Shown here one piece after another: positions 29,019 through 39,087 of a stretch of DNA of 64,000 nucleotides (position 1 is its first letter; each line of letters starts with the position of its first letter). The stretch spans positions 23,804 through 87,803 of the forward strand of contig JAKFCT010000030.1 of the NCBI GenBank assembly GCA_036676495.1. The letters run 5' to 3'. The notes below the pieces were generated by a model. That model was not told the origin of the DNA. It did not search any database and worked only from the letters and a program-made list of their open reading frames with translations. This DNA is from Candidatus Sericytochromatia bacterium. Lineage in GTDB: Bacteria > Cyanobacteriota > Sericytochromatia > S15B-MN24 > UBA4093. Made by a program: the position numbers and the translations under genes.

Positions 29019-29498
29019 TCACCTGAGGAGCGGCCGGGATGACCGGACCGCTCCTTTCTCATGCACGCGCCTCCCGCGCGCGACCGTGACCGGCTGGAGC
29101 GTGCACGAGCAGTCCTTCTGACGGCCATGCTCCCGGTGAATCGGAGGCACGTGGCGAACCAGGTAGGAGACATCCAGCAGGCCGACCTGCTGGCCGTCCA
29201 GCCGGTGGCAGACCTCGCAGCAATGCCGCGCCACGAAGCGCACCCCGACCACGGGGCCCTTCAACTCGTACCACCCCACCACCATGTCCCGCAGGGTCTG
29301 AAGCTGGGGGGAAATCTCCGGTTCGCGGAAGATGCGTCGGTTCATCTCCGCGATGAAGCGGCGCTTGGCAGCTAAGAGCAGCCCCGAAGGCGGCGGATCC
29401 TCGGGAATCGCTTTCGGCCCCCGCCTCTGCGCGCTCAAGACGGTGGCCCCCAAAAGGCTCAGAAGCGCCATGCCCACGACGATCACCAGCGTCCCCAT
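29019..29498 (-). CDS. Membrane-anchored hypothetical protein with a MuF/SPP1-gp7-like Cys/His motif
   Basis: AGGAGG RBS, N-terminal TM helix, CCEVCHRLDG...PPIH......CSCTLQPV. Confidence 0.55.
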   Translation of the reverse strand: MGTLVIVVGMALLSLLGATVLSAQRRGPKAIPEDPPPSGLLLAAKRRFIAEMNRRIFREPEISPQLQTLRDMVVGWYELKGPVVGVRFVARHCCEVCHRLDGQQVGLLDVSYLVRHVPPIHREHGRQKDCSCTLQPVTVARGRRVHEKGAVRSSRPLLR

Positions 29499-29765
29499 GC
29501 GGCCTCCTCCTTTCACGTCACCCGTCTCTCATGACTTATATACACAAAAGTATATTAATATCACATCTGGAACCAGAACCGCTCGCTGTGCGGCTTTACC
29601 GCCATGGCGATCGGTAAACTTTTGTCGGCCATGTGGTTTCAGGGGGCGAGGGGATGGTATTCTGGCTAGAGATGAAGCCTCCGAGCGAGGCCTGGTTCAC
29701 CCTGCCGGATCCGAGCCCATTTCAGCGCCACTCCGGCGCTGGATCATCAACCGAGGAAGCACGTT

Positions 29766-30401
29766 TTGAGAGCGGGATTCTACACGACGTCCGCCCCGCA
29801 GGGCTGGATCGAAGTCATCTGCGGGTCGATGTACTGCGGCAAGACCGAGGAGCTGATCCGTCGGATCAAGCGGGCTGAGATCGCCCGCCAGAACGTTCAG
29901 GTCTTCAAGCCCATCATCGACGTCCGCTATTCCCCCGAGGATGTCAGCAGCCACTCGGGCACCCGCTACCGGGCGGTCCGCGCCAACGGCTCGGAGGAAG
30001 TCTGGCGCCTCACGGACGAGAGCACCGAGGTGGTCGCCATCGACGAAGTCCAGTTCTTCGACGACGGCGTGGTCGAGGTGATCCAGGCTCTCGCCAATGC
30101 GGGAAAGCGGGTCATCTGCTCGGGGCTCGACATGGACTTCCGGGGAGAACCGTTCGGCATCATGCCGCGCCTCTTGGCCCTGGCCGAGCAGGTCGAGAAG
30201 CTCACCGCCATCTGCGTCCAGTGCAACGCCCCGGCCACCCGATCCCAGCGTCTCATCAACGGAGAGCCGGCCGAATGGGACGACCCGGTGATCCTGGTGG
30301 GCGCCCATGACAAGTACGAGCCCCGCTGCCGCCGCTGCCACGTCGTGCCCGTCCGCCCCGGCGTGACCCAGCTCGCCTTTCCCAGCGTGGAACGTGCCTA
30401 G
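29766..30401 (+). CDS. tdk: Thymidine kinase
   Basis: [47 protein letters not shown]. Confidence 0.95.
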   Translation: MRAGFYTTSAPQGWIEVICGSMYCGKTEELIRRIKRAEIARQNVQVFKPIIDVRYSPEDVSSHSGTRYRAVRANGSEEVWRLTDESTEVVAIDEVQFFDDGVVEVIQALANAGKRVICSGLDMDFRGEPFGIMPRLLALAEQVEKLTAICVQCNAPATRSQRLINGEPAEWDDPVILVGAHDKYEPRCRRCHVVPVRPGVTQLAFPSVERA

Positions 30402-31271
30402 ATGCATCCCAAGGAGGCCTTCAGCCTTTACTTGGAAATCGAGCGCAACCTATCCCCCCACTCGATTCGCGCCTACCGGCAGGATCTCGACATGTTCCAC
30501 GCCTTCCTCGCGGATCAGCCGCTAGAGAAGGTCGATTACCGGACGCTGAGGCGCTTTCTGGGGCATCTCAAGCAGGAAGGCTACGAGCGCTCGACCATCG
30601 CCCGGAGGATGGCCACCTTGCGTACGTACTTCCGGTTCCTCGTCCGGGAACGCATGATTCCCGGCAACCCCACCCTCGGCTTGCAAAGTCCCAAGCTGAC
30701 CCGTAAGCTTCCGAGCTTCCTCGACTGGGAAGAGCTCCAGCGCCTGCTGGACTCTCCCGACGAGAGCCCCCTGGGACTGCGCGACCGCGCTTTGCTCGAG
30801 CTGCTGTACGCCACCGGCATGCGCGTCAGCGAGATCGCCGACCTTTCCCTCCGCCAGCTCAACTGGGAGGAAGCGGAAATCCGGGTCGTCGGGAAAGGCA
30901 GCAAAGAGCGCATGGTCCTGATGAGCGACTCCGCCATGGGCCACTTACGGCGTTACCTCGACGCGGCACGCCCCCATTTTCAGCCCGTGAATACGGACAA
31001 GCTCTTCCTCAACCGTTCAGGAAAGCCCCTGAGCTCCCGATCCATCGACCGCATGCTCAAGATGCGCGCGCGCAAGGCCGGCATCAGCAAGCCGATTTCC
31101 CCCCATACGCTCCGGCATACCTTCGCCACGCATCTGCTGGAGGGCGGCGCAGACCTACGCGTGGTGCAGGAATTGCTGGGCCATGCCAGCCTTTCGACCA
31201 CCCAAATCTACACCCACGTCAGCCAGGATCGGCTAAGACAGGTCTACCAGCAGGCTCACCCCCGACCCTGA
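30402..31271 (+). CDS. xerC: Tyrosine recombinase XerC/XerD
   Basis: LLYATGMRVSE, GKGSKER, SPHTLRHTFATHLL, LLGHASLSTTQIYTH. Lies in the dprA-topA-trmFO-xerC synteny. Confidence 0.88.
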   Translation: MHPKEAFSLYLEIERNLSPHSIRAYRQDLDMFHAFLADQPLEKVDYRTLRRFLGHLKQEGYERSTIARRMATLRTYFRFLVRERMIPGNPTLGLQSPKLTRKLPSFLDWEELQRLLDSPDESPLGLRDRALLELLYATGMRVSEIADLSLRQLNWEEAEIRVVGKGSKERMVLMSDSAMGHLRRYLDAARPHFQPVNTDKLFLNRSGKPLSSRSIDRMLKMRARKAGISKPISPHTLRHTFATHLLEGGADLRVVQELLGHASLSTTQIYTHVSQDRLRQVYQQAHPRP

Positions 31272-31347
31272 CGTTGCGATGCGCTTGATCGCTATGCTAT
31301 CCTGATGTTCTCACCTCCGGGGTGGCATCTCCAGGTAGAATTGAGGG

Positions 31348-32457
31348 TTGTGCGTGGCCAGCAGCGACAAAGCAAGAACGGTTAAGCCCGCCCCCCCTCC
31401 CCCAGACCCTGCCATGGACGCCCTGCTGGCGGACTGGCTCCAAGCGACCGGCGCCCCGGAAGCCCTGGCCGACGAGGTCCGGCACGTGTTGCGCGCCATG
31501 GCCGCGCCGCATCCTCCGCTTCCCGAACTCGCCTCGTCCTGGGTGAACGCCTTTCACGACGAAGGCTTGAGCCTGAGCCATGCGCTGAGCGTCTTCATCG
31601 AGGCGCAGTTTCGGCTCCAATCCCCGGAGCCGGGCCTGATCGCGACCTTCCAGTTGCAAGTGGCCGAAGCCTTCGAGCAACGCTGGAAGGAGACCCAGCA
31701 GCGCCACCTGGACGAACTCAAGATGACCAACCGCAAGCTGCTGGAGGTCGACAAGAACCGGGCCGAGTTCATCTCGTCGCTTTCCCATGAGCTGCGCACC
31801 CCGCTCACGGCCATTTCCGGCGCCTGCGAGCTGCTGCTCGAGGACTTCGCCTCCGAGCTGAGCGGCCCCCAGGAAGAATACATCTCCATGATCTCGCAGG
31901 GCGCCCTCTTGATCCGCAAGCTGATCAACGACGTGCTCGACCTGGCCAAGCTGGAAGCCAAGCGCCTCGAGCTGCATCCCGAGCCCTTGAGCGTCCCTCT
32001 CTTGATGCGCGATACCGAGATGCTGGTCGCTCCCCTGCTCAACGAGAAGGGCCTGAACTGGGAAATCGACGTGCCCGAGTCCCTGCCCCTGATCCAGGCG
32101 GACGCGGTACGGATCCGGCAAGTGCTCTTGAACCTGGTTTCCAATGCCATCAAGTTCACGCCGCAAGGCGGCTCGGTGAGCGTCACGGCGTGGTTGGAAA
32201 AGTCGACGGGACGCAAGGCGCCCCAGGTGGCCATCAGCGTCAAGGACACCGGCTGCGGCATCTCCGCGGAGAACCAGAAGCTGGTCTTCGAGCGCTTTCG
32301 GCAGGTCCGGGACCGCGAAGCCCGAGGCACCGGGCTGGGTCTCCCGATCGCCAAGCGCCTCGTTGAGCTTCACGGCGGCCGGATCGCCCTCACCAGCGCC
32401 GTCGATCAAGGCTCGACGTTCACTTTCACCGTCCCGCTCGCCCAAGACCCATGCTAG
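31348..32457 (+). CDS. Cytoplasmic histidine kinase (HisKA + HATPase)
   Basis: SHELRTPL, NLVSNAIKF, DTGCGI, GTGLGL. No TM helix. Start codon uncertain. Confidence 0.9.
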   Translation: MCVASSDKARTVKPAPPPPDPAMDALLADWLQATGAPEALADEVRHVLRAMAAPHPPLPELASSWVNAFHDEGLSLSHALSVFIEAQFRLQSPEPGLIATFQLQVAEAFEQRWKETQQRHLDELKMTNRKLLEVDKNRAEFISSLSHELRTPLTAISGACELLLEDFASELSGPQEEYISMISQGALLIRKLINDVLDLAKLEAKRLELHPEPLSVPLLMRDTEMLVAPLLNEKGLNWEIDVPESLPLIQADAVRIRQVLLNLVSNAIKFTPQGGSVSVTAWLEKSTGRKAPQVAISVKDTGCGISAENQKLVFERFRQVRDREARGTGLGLPIAKRLVELHGGRIALTSAVDQGSTFTFTVPLAQDPC

Positions 32458-32516
32458 GTTAGTGGCGGGACGGGTATGAAGAACCTAGCGGCTCCCCGAT
32501 CCTAGGGTTAATTGAC

Positions 32517-34118
32517 ATGGCGGACGCGACACAAACCGAAGCGAACCTGACCCAACTGGCCCTTCTGATGCAACAGATCGAGGAGGTTCGCCAGCAAACG
32601 CTGATGGTCGACGACCTGGCGCAGGGGATCCTGGAGATCCTGGCGACGCAGTACGGGTTCGCCCAGGGGCTGCTCCTCTTGGAGACCGAGCTTTACGTGG
32701 CGGCCATGGTGCCTGCCGGCGAGCTCGAGATCGTGCCGGAAATCGTCCTGGAAGCCATGGCCGAGCATGAGCCGCGCGAGGGCGACTGGGACGGCCGCAT
32801 GGCCTATTGCGCCCCCTTCTTCCAGGAAGCCCGATTCGACGGAGCCATCGTGCTCGCCTCCGATGAACCGCTCATGCCCGCGATGCGGCAGGTCTTGGCG
32901 GCCTTGATGCCGTTCGTGGCCCTGACGCTCGAGCAGCGCAAGAGTCAGTCCCGGCTCGTCGAGCAGGAAAAGAAGCTGACCGAGCTCGGAGCCCTCTACG
33001 AGGATGCCCGCCAGCGCGCGGTCACCGACGGTCTCACGGGGCTCTACAACCACACCCACTTCAAGGAGCTGCTGGCCCTGGAATTCGCCCGCTGCAAACG
33101 CTACGGCGCACCGCTGACCATGCTCCTGGTCGATATCGACCACTTCAAGAAGATCAACGACACCTACGGGCACTTGACCGGCGACGTGGTCCTGCGCCGG
33201 GTCGCTCATGCCCTGCGCGGTCAGGTGCGCGACTGCGATCTGGTCGCGCGCTACGGCGGTGAAGAGATGTCCATCCTGCTCCCCAGCACCGACCTCAAGG
33301 GAGCGCTGATCGTCGCCGAGCGCATCCGCCGCTTCGTACGCGACATGGTCTTCATGACCGAAGAGCGGGTCCAGGTTCCGCCCATCACCGTCTCCATCGG
33401 AGTGGCGCAGCAGCGCAAGTCGGATACCCCGACCGAGCTCATCAACCGCGCCGACCAGGCCCTCTACGAGGCGAAGTCCAGCGGGCGCAACCAGGTCTGC
33501 GCGGAATGCGGAGAACTCGCCGTGCCTGCCGCCGAGAGCAAGGTCCATCACCAGGCCTTCCTCACGACGATCGCCGAGATTGCCACCGAGGTCGCCCTCA
33601 CGGATCAGAGTCGCTCCACCTACGCCGAGGAGCTGGCCGAGATCGCCAACCAGCTGGGCGTCTCCGTCGGCCTCTCCGCGATCCAGCGTCGCGACATGGT
33701 TCTGGCCGCCTCATTGCTTCACATCGGCAAGATTGCCCTGCCGGCCGATGCGCTCACCAAGCGCGAGGACCTCGACGACAAGGAATTGGCCCTGGTGAAG
33801 GGCCATCCTCAGCTCTCGAAGCAGATCGTCGAGCAGATTGCCGGGATGGGCACCGTCGCCGAGGCCATTCTCTACCATCATGAACACTGGGACGGCTCGG
33901 GGTTCCCCTACGGGATCAAGGGGCCGGCCATTCCGCTCGTATCCCGCGTGCTGGCCGTCATCGACGCCTTCCTGACACTATCGAACGCCCTGCCTTCGGA
34001 CCTCAGCGCCGCCCGAGACGAGGTCCGGCGAGGCGCAGGGACCCTCTTCGATCCGGAGGTCGTCGGCCACTTCATCAGGCTGCTGGACGCCCAGATCGTG
34101 GAGCGCTCCGTCAGCTGA
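32517..34118 (+). CDS. Diguanylate cyclase (GGEEM) fused to a degenerate HD-GYP domain
   Basis: DGLTGLYN, DIDHFKKINDTYGH, RDCD I-site, GGEEM; then LLHIGK and HHEHWDGSGFP. Confidence 0.88.
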   Translation: MADATQTEANLTQLALLMQQIEEVRQQTLMVDDLAQGILEILATQYGFAQGLLLLETELYVAAMVPAGELEIVPEIVLEAMAEHEPREGDWDGRMAYCAPFFQEARFDGAIVLASDEPLMPAMRQVLAALMPFVALTLEQRKSQSRLVEQEKKLTELGALYEDARQRAVTDGLTGLYNHTHFKELLALEFARCKRYGAPLTMLLVDIDHFKKINDTYGHLTGDVVLRRVAHALRGQVRDCDLVARYGGEEMSILLPSTDLKGALIVAERIRRFVRDMVFMTEERVQVPPITVSIGVAQQRKSDTPTELINRADQALYEAKSSGRNQVCAECGELAVPAAESKVHHQAFLTTIAEIATEVALTDQSRSTYAEELAEIANQLGVSVGLSAIQRRDMVLAASLLHIGKIALPADALTKREDLDDKELALVKGHPQLSKQIVEQIAGMGTVAEAILYHHEHWDGSGFPYGIKGPAIPLVSRVLAVIDAFLTLSNALPSDLSAARDEVRRGAGTLFDPEVVGHFIRLLDAQIVERSVS

Positions 34119-34677
34119 CCTTTCCGTCCTGCTTGTCGCGTAGGTAGTCCAGGAAGCCGAAGACCTTCGAGCGGACGAAGTTGTCTCCCCAGGAGAACCC
34201 GACGAACCCCGCCACGGCTCCCGCCAGCGTCAGCGGCCAGCCTGCGAGGCCCAGCGCTCCGAGGGCCGCTGCGGTCACGCCGCTGAGCAAGGCCGCTCCG
34301 GCTCCCCCCGCCATGCCCCCGGCCGTATCGACGGCAACCATCTTGGCGGCGCGCCCCATGGTCTCCTCGCCCTTGGCCACCTTTAAACCGTGCGTCACGG
34401 CCGACATGGCCGCCGAGACCAGCCCCGAGATGCCCGAGGCCTTGCCCAGGACCGCCCCGAAACTCTTGATGCCGGTTCCCAGGGCCGCGCGGGCCACGTG
34501 GGTATGCGCCGACGCCTGGTAGACGTGGTTCCCCAGCTTGCCCGCAAGGTGGAGCGTGTCGCCCACGACGCCTTGCGCCTGCAGATCCTTCGCGGCGGGC
34601 TTCAGCTCGGCCACGTAGCTCGGCATGGCATAGCGGGCAAGCGTATTCAGGGCGGGGGGACGGATCGCATCGGCCAT
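34111..34677 (-). CDS. Gly/Ala-rich hypothetical protein with hydrophobic helices (glycine-zipper-like)
   Basis: AAGGAG RBS, GC-typical codon usage, GxxxG-rich hydrophobic segments. Confidence 0.6.
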   Translation of the reverse strand: MADAIRPPALNTLARYAMPSYVAELKPAAKDLQAQGVVGDTLHLAGKLGNHVYQASAHTHVARAALGTGIKSFGAVLGKASGISGLVSAAMSAVTHGLKVAKGEETMGRAAKMVAVDTAGGMAGGAGAALLSGVTAAALGALGLAGWPLTLAGAVAGFVGFSWGDNFVRSKVFGFLDYLRDKQDGKVS

Positions 34678-34758
34678 GGCGGGTCTCCTTTCCGGGGGTC
34701 CACCTGGGTTGTCCCCGTTCAGAGGCCGTTAAGCGGTAAAATCGACGCGAAAGCGCAG

Positions 34759-37700
34759 TTAACTTTGAGTTAAAGGCGCTCCGACCCGGACGACATGGTC
34801 GGTCCACTGCTCGAAGGTGTCGTCGTGCGAGATGACGACCAGCTGGGTGAAGCCCTTGAGCTCGCCAATCGAGAAGGCGAGGTTCTGGCGGCGGTTCTCG
34901 TCCATGTTGGTGGTCGGCTCGTCGAAGAACGCGATGTCGATCGCCGACATCTCCTTGAGCAGGGCGAGGCGGACGGAAAGCGCCGCGGCCATCTGCTCGC
35001 CTCCCGAGAGGCTCGCGAAGGGCCGCTCGCGACCGTCTTCCTCGAGCAGGATCTCGTAGTCGGAGTTCCAGCGCAAGTGGACGTGATGGTTGCCGGTGAT
35101 GTCGCGGAAGAGGCGATCCGCCTCCAGGGAGATGTTGAGGAGGTACGCTTCCGTGATGTAGGGGCCCGCCTCCTTGAGGGTGGCGCGCGCGAACTCCACG
35201 AAGGCCGCGAGCCCTGCGAGCCGCTCCCGCTCCTGAAGGGTATCCGCCAGTTCGACCTGGATCCGCTGCAGCTCGGCGATTTCCTTGGCGGTCGTCGCGC
35301 TTTGCTGTTCCAGGAAGACGACGTTCTGCTCCATACGGATCGCCTCGGCGGCATGCGCCTCGACCCGATCCCTCAGCGCCTGGTGGTCCTCCTGGCGATA
35401 CGCCAGACGGCTACTCTCCAGGGACTTCGAGACCTTTCGCAACGCTTCGCTCAGCTCGTCGAGACGCTTCTGGGCCTCGGCCAGGCTTGCCTGGCGAGCC
35501 GGCAGCTCGCCGGCGGTGGTCGAGAGGGTGAGGAAGCGCCGGTAACCGGGTTCCGTGGCTTCCTTGGCCAGGGTCTCGCGTTGCCAGCGTTCGTCGAGGT
35601 CGGAGAACGGATCGAGTTCGAGGGCCAGCTGGCGCAGCCGCTGCTGGGCGGCCTGCTCGCGGGCGAGGCGGTCCTCGCGCTCGCGTTCGAGCTGGGGGCG
35701 GCGCTCCAGGTTCTTGGCGATCGCCCCATGCCGCGACCGCGGATCCCCCAGCTGCTTCAGCTCCTGCTCACGCGCGGCCAGCTTCGGCGCCACCCCGGCA
35801 AGCTCGCTCAAGCGCTGACGATCCGCCTCGCACTCGCGCTGCCGGGACTCCGTCTCCGCCCTGAGCGCCTCGAGCTGACTCGCCAGCCGGTCCCGCGATT
35901 CCAGCCTCACGGCCGCTTCGCGCGCCTTAGCGAGTTCCTCGCCCAGGCGCTTGGCTTCCTGCTGCAGCCTTTCCAGCTCGGCCGGATCCAGACGGACCTG
36001 GCTCAGGGCCACGACCTCCCGAATCTGGGCCTCCATCGCCTGGATGGAGGCCGTCAGGCCGTCTCGCTGGCGCTCCAGCTCGCTCAGGCCCGCGACCTCG
36101 CGCTCGGCCGCCTTGGCCTCCTGGTAGCGCTTGCGCAACGCGTCCCGCTCCCGGGTCCGCTCGGCGATCTCGCGCTCGCGCTCGGCAATCTGCGCCGCGA
36201 AGTACTCCGCCGCGGTCTGCCCTTCCAGGACCGGACAGCCCACCAGCAGGATGGGGCAGGCATTTCCGCCCTTGAAATCCGACTGCGCCTTGCGGTCCCG
36301 CTCCAGGGCGCCTTCCAGGCGAGAAACCTGATCGCTGAGCGCCTGGCCCTTCTCCCGAATCGCCGGCTCCTCGGCAGCCAGGTCCTTGAGCTTCGCCTTC
36401 CTGGAGATGAGCTGCGAGACCTCGTCGAGCTGCTTCTGGTCCTTGGCCTGTCCCTCACGCAGATGCGATAGCCGCTGCTCGGACTCCTTTTGAGCCTGCA
36501 GCTTTTCCTGAAGCTCGGCTTGCCGCTTGGTTGCCGCCTCCTGGGCCGACTCCAGCCCAGGAACGCGCTCGGCATCGGGGCGCAGGGCTTCTAGACCCGC
36601 CAGATCCTTGGCGAGCGCCTCGAGTTGCTCCTGCCGGGTCGCCAGCTCGCGTTCGAGCCGGACGATCTTGGCCTCCCGTTCCTTGGCCTCGGTAACCTGC
36701 CGCTCCAGCTCCCGAACTTCCCGCTCCAGCGCTTCCTGGGCTTGCACCTTGGGGGCGAGAAGCTCGAATTCCTGGCGCTCGGCATCGAGCGCCGTCAGCT
36801 GACCCTGAAGCGACTGGATTTCGGCCGACAGGACCGATTGCTCTCGGAGGGTCTCGGCCTGGCGCTTGACGATCTCCTCGCGCCGGACGCGATCCTCCGA
36901 GAGGCGCTTCAGCGCGGCCTCGGCCTCCTGGTAGGCCCGGTGATCCGGGGCGGCCTTCGCCGCGTCGTCGCTGGCCGACTGCGCCTCCGCCACGCGGGCG
37001 GCGTGCGAGGCGACTTCTTTTTCGGCGGCCTCCCGCTGGGTCGTCACCAGGCGGAACTGGTTCTCCTCGGCCTGCATGCGCTCGAAGAGGGCATCGGTTT
37101 CGGCCAGGCGCGATTTCCAGAGGGCTAGTTCCCGGCGGCTTCCCTCCAGCTTCCGGGAGGTGTCCTCCAGCTGCATTGCCAGCTGCTCCCGCTGCCGCTC
37201 GAGTTCGGGCAGGCGCATGAGTTGCCCATGGAAGCCCGCCAGCTTCATATCCACCTCGTTGACCCGGCCGTTGAGGTGCGTATGCGTCTCCTTGAGGGCA
37301 TCGGAGGACTTCCGGTACTCCTCGACCCGGAGGACCCGGTCGAAGACGGCTTTGCGGCGGACGGCCGTCTCGGCGAAGATGGCCGTGAACGTTCCCTGCG
37401 GCACCCCAATCGCCGTCCTGAACAGCTCTTCCAGGTCGGTGTCGGGCTCGACGCCCAGGTGCAGGCGAAGCCAGGAGAGGACGTCGGCTTTTTGCTCGGC
37501 GAGTTTGGTCTTCGTCTGGGGATCGTAGACGTAGTACGAGGCGCGGGTGTTGCGCACCACGGTGTAAGACCGCCCGTCCAGGCTGGATTCGAAGGTGACT
37601 CGGACCGTCCCCGTCTTGGCGCCCTTCCTCAGGAAGTCTTCCTTCTTGTAGGGCAAGGTGTCGAAGAGCGCGTAGCCGATGGCTTCGAGGATGGTGGACT

Positions 37701-37806
37701 TGCCCGCGCCGTTGGGGCCCGAGATGGCGTTGGTTCCCGTCGTGAAGGTGTAGGACGCCGACTCGTAGCGCTTGATGTCCTCGAGCTCGACCGAAACGAT
37801 GTGCAT
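34759..37806 (-). CDS. sbcC: SbcC/Rad50 SMC-family ATPase
   Basis: GPNGAGKS, long coiled coil, LSGGE, FFDEPT, VISH. Confidence 0.9.
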   Translation of the reverse strand: MHIVSVELEDIKRYESASYTFTTGTNAISGPNGAGKSTILEAIGYALFDTLPYKKEDFLRKGAKTGTVRVTFESSLDGRSYTVVRNTRASYYVYDPQTKTKLAEQKADVLSWLRLHLGVEPDTDLEELFRTAIGVPQGTFTAIFAETAVRRKAVFDRVLRVEEYRKSSDALKETHTHLNGRVNEVDMKLAGFHGQLMRLPELERQREQLAMQLEDTSRKLEGSRRELALWKSRLAETDALFERMQAEENQFRLVTTQREAAEKEVASHAARVAEAQSASDDAAKAAPDHRAYQEAEAALKRLSEDRVRREEIVKRQAETLREQSVLSAEIQSLQGQLTALDAERQEFELLAPKVQAQEALEREVRELERQVTEAKEREAKIVRLERELATRQEQLEALAKDLAGLEALRPDAERVPGLESAQEAATKRQAELQEKLQAQKESEQRLSHLREGQAKDQKQLDEVSQLISRKAKLKDLAAEEPAIREKGQALSDQVSRLEGALERDRKAQSDFKGGNACPILLVGCPVLEGQTAAEYFAAQIAEREREIAERTRERDALRKRYQEAKAAEREVAGLSELERQRDGLTASIQAMEAQIREVVALSQVRLDPAELERLQQEAKRLGEELAKAREAAVRLESRDRLASQLEALRAETESRQRECEADRQRLSELAGVAPKLAAREQELKQLGDPRSRHGAIAKNLERRPQLEREREDRLAREQAAQQRLRQLALELDPFSDLDERWQRETLAKEATEPGYRRFLTLSTTAGELPARQASLAEAQKRLDELSEALRKVSKSLESSRLAYRQEDHQALRDRVEAHAAEAIRMEQNVVFLEQQSATTAKEIAELQRIQVELADTLQERERLAGLAAFVEFARATLKEAGPYITEAYLLNISLEADRLFRDITGNHHVHLRWNSDYEILLEEDGRERPFASLSGGEQMAAALSVRLALLKEMSAIDIAFFDEPTTNMDENRRQNLAFSIGELKGFTQLVVISHDDTFEQWTDHVVRVGAPLTQS

Positions 37807-39087
37807 CTAGTCCTCCCCGGCGGCTGACGCGAGCTTCCCGGTCAGCTCCTGGGCCACGAAGTCCGCGATGTCCGAGGGGGCGTCTCCGGCGAGCGCCCGG
37901 TTCTTCAGCGAGACCACGATCTGCGAGAAGCGGTCCGCGTCCTGGCCGTAGCGGGAGTCGCGCGCGACCAGGTCCCGCATGATCTCGCGTTCGAGCTGCT
38001 TGCGGTCGGTCCCGATGGAGACTCCCGGGGCCACGGCGTACTCAGCCGGCACGGCATCGTAGCGGATCCTCACCAGCAGGGGATCGAGGTGCTTCAAGAC
38101 CAGGGCCTCGACCTTGGCGAGCTCCAGCTCATGGCGCTTGAAGCCCAGCACGCCGGCGAGCGTGACCTCGACGACGGGGCGATCGCGGTGCGTCTCGCGG
38201 TTGGCGGCGATCTCGCCCTCCAAGGCGGCCAGGACCGCCTCGGGAGTGGCATGCCCCGTCACGTCGAAGCGCAAGCGCTGGAAGGGGCGTTGCGTGTCGA
38301 ATTCCTGATGGTCGATGTGGCGGGCCTGATGCCGCCCCGTCGCGGGATCGACCTCCACCAGGTAGGCGCCCCGCACCTCGGCGTACTCGGCGACGTTACA
38401 GGACTCGGTCGAGCCCGGGTTATAGATCCAGCCGCCTTCCTCGTAGCGCTTGTGGATATGCCCCAGCGCCAGGTAGGTGACGCCCGCCTCCTTGAGGGGA
38501 AGCAGTTGGTGATGGCTCAGGCCGCCCGAATACGAGTCGATGTAGCCCTCGAGCCCCGCGTGGAAGAGCATGATCTGGGCAGGGCAGGGCGGCAGGCTCG
38601 AGATGGCCTCGGCCAACGGCGCGATGACGGTCGCCGTGCTCGACCCGTACCACCGAGAGCCGATGATCCGGACGCCTCCGTGGTCGAGGTAGCCGCCGCG
38701 CCTCCCGTCCCAGGGGTGAAGGGTGATGCGGCCGTCCTCGGCGTGATCCGGCTCGAGGAGGCGGAACCAGTCCCAGTCCGAGAGGTAGCGCAGCCAGCTC
38801 ACCCCGTCATGGGGGCCGCTGCGGTCATGGTTGCCCTCGATGGCGTAGACCGGGATGCCGGCGTCCTTGAGCTCCTTGAAGATGAGGGTCGCCTGGGTCA
38901 GCACGCGCGGCTCGATGTTCCGGCGATCGAAGAGGTCCCCGGCCACCACGACGAAATCCACTCCCTCGGCGATCGCGAAGCGGCGGATCACCGCATGGAG
39001 CGCGTAGAAGAAGTCGCGCATCCGATCGTCGTTCTGGTACTGGTTGTTTCCCAGGTGGATATCGGCGAGGTGGAGGAACTTGAGCAT
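37807..39087 (-). CDS. sbcD: SbcD/Mre11 nuclease
   Basis: HLADIHLG, AGDLFD, EGNHD, ALGHIH, NPGS. Confidence 0.9.
   Translation of the reverse strand: MLKFLHLADIHLGNNQYQNDDRMRDFFYALHAVIRRFAIAEGVDFVVVAGDLFDRRNIEPRVLTQATLIFKELKDAGIPVYAIEGNHDRSGPHDGVSWLRYLSDWDWFRLLEPDHAEDGRITLHPWDGRRGGYLDHGGVRIIGSRWYGSSTATVIAPLAEAISSLPPCPAQIMLFHAGLEGYIDSYSGGLSHHQLLPLKEAGVTYLALGHIHKRYEEGGWIYNPGSTESCNVAEYAEVRGAYLVEVDPATGRHQARHIDHQEFDTQRPFQRLRFDVTGHATPEAVLAALEGEIAANRETHRDRPVVEVTLAGVLGFKRHELELAKVEALVLKHLDPLLVRIRYDAVPAEYAVAPGVSIGTDRKQLEREIMRDLVARDSRYGQDADRFSQIVVSLKNRALAGDAPSDIADFVAQELTGKLASAAGED

Noticed and set aside
30402-31271. Tyrosine recombinase as a phage or island integrase
   Set aside because: Its size, motifs and dprA-topA-trmFO context indicate housekeeping XerC. 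No att sites or cargo genes are visible.
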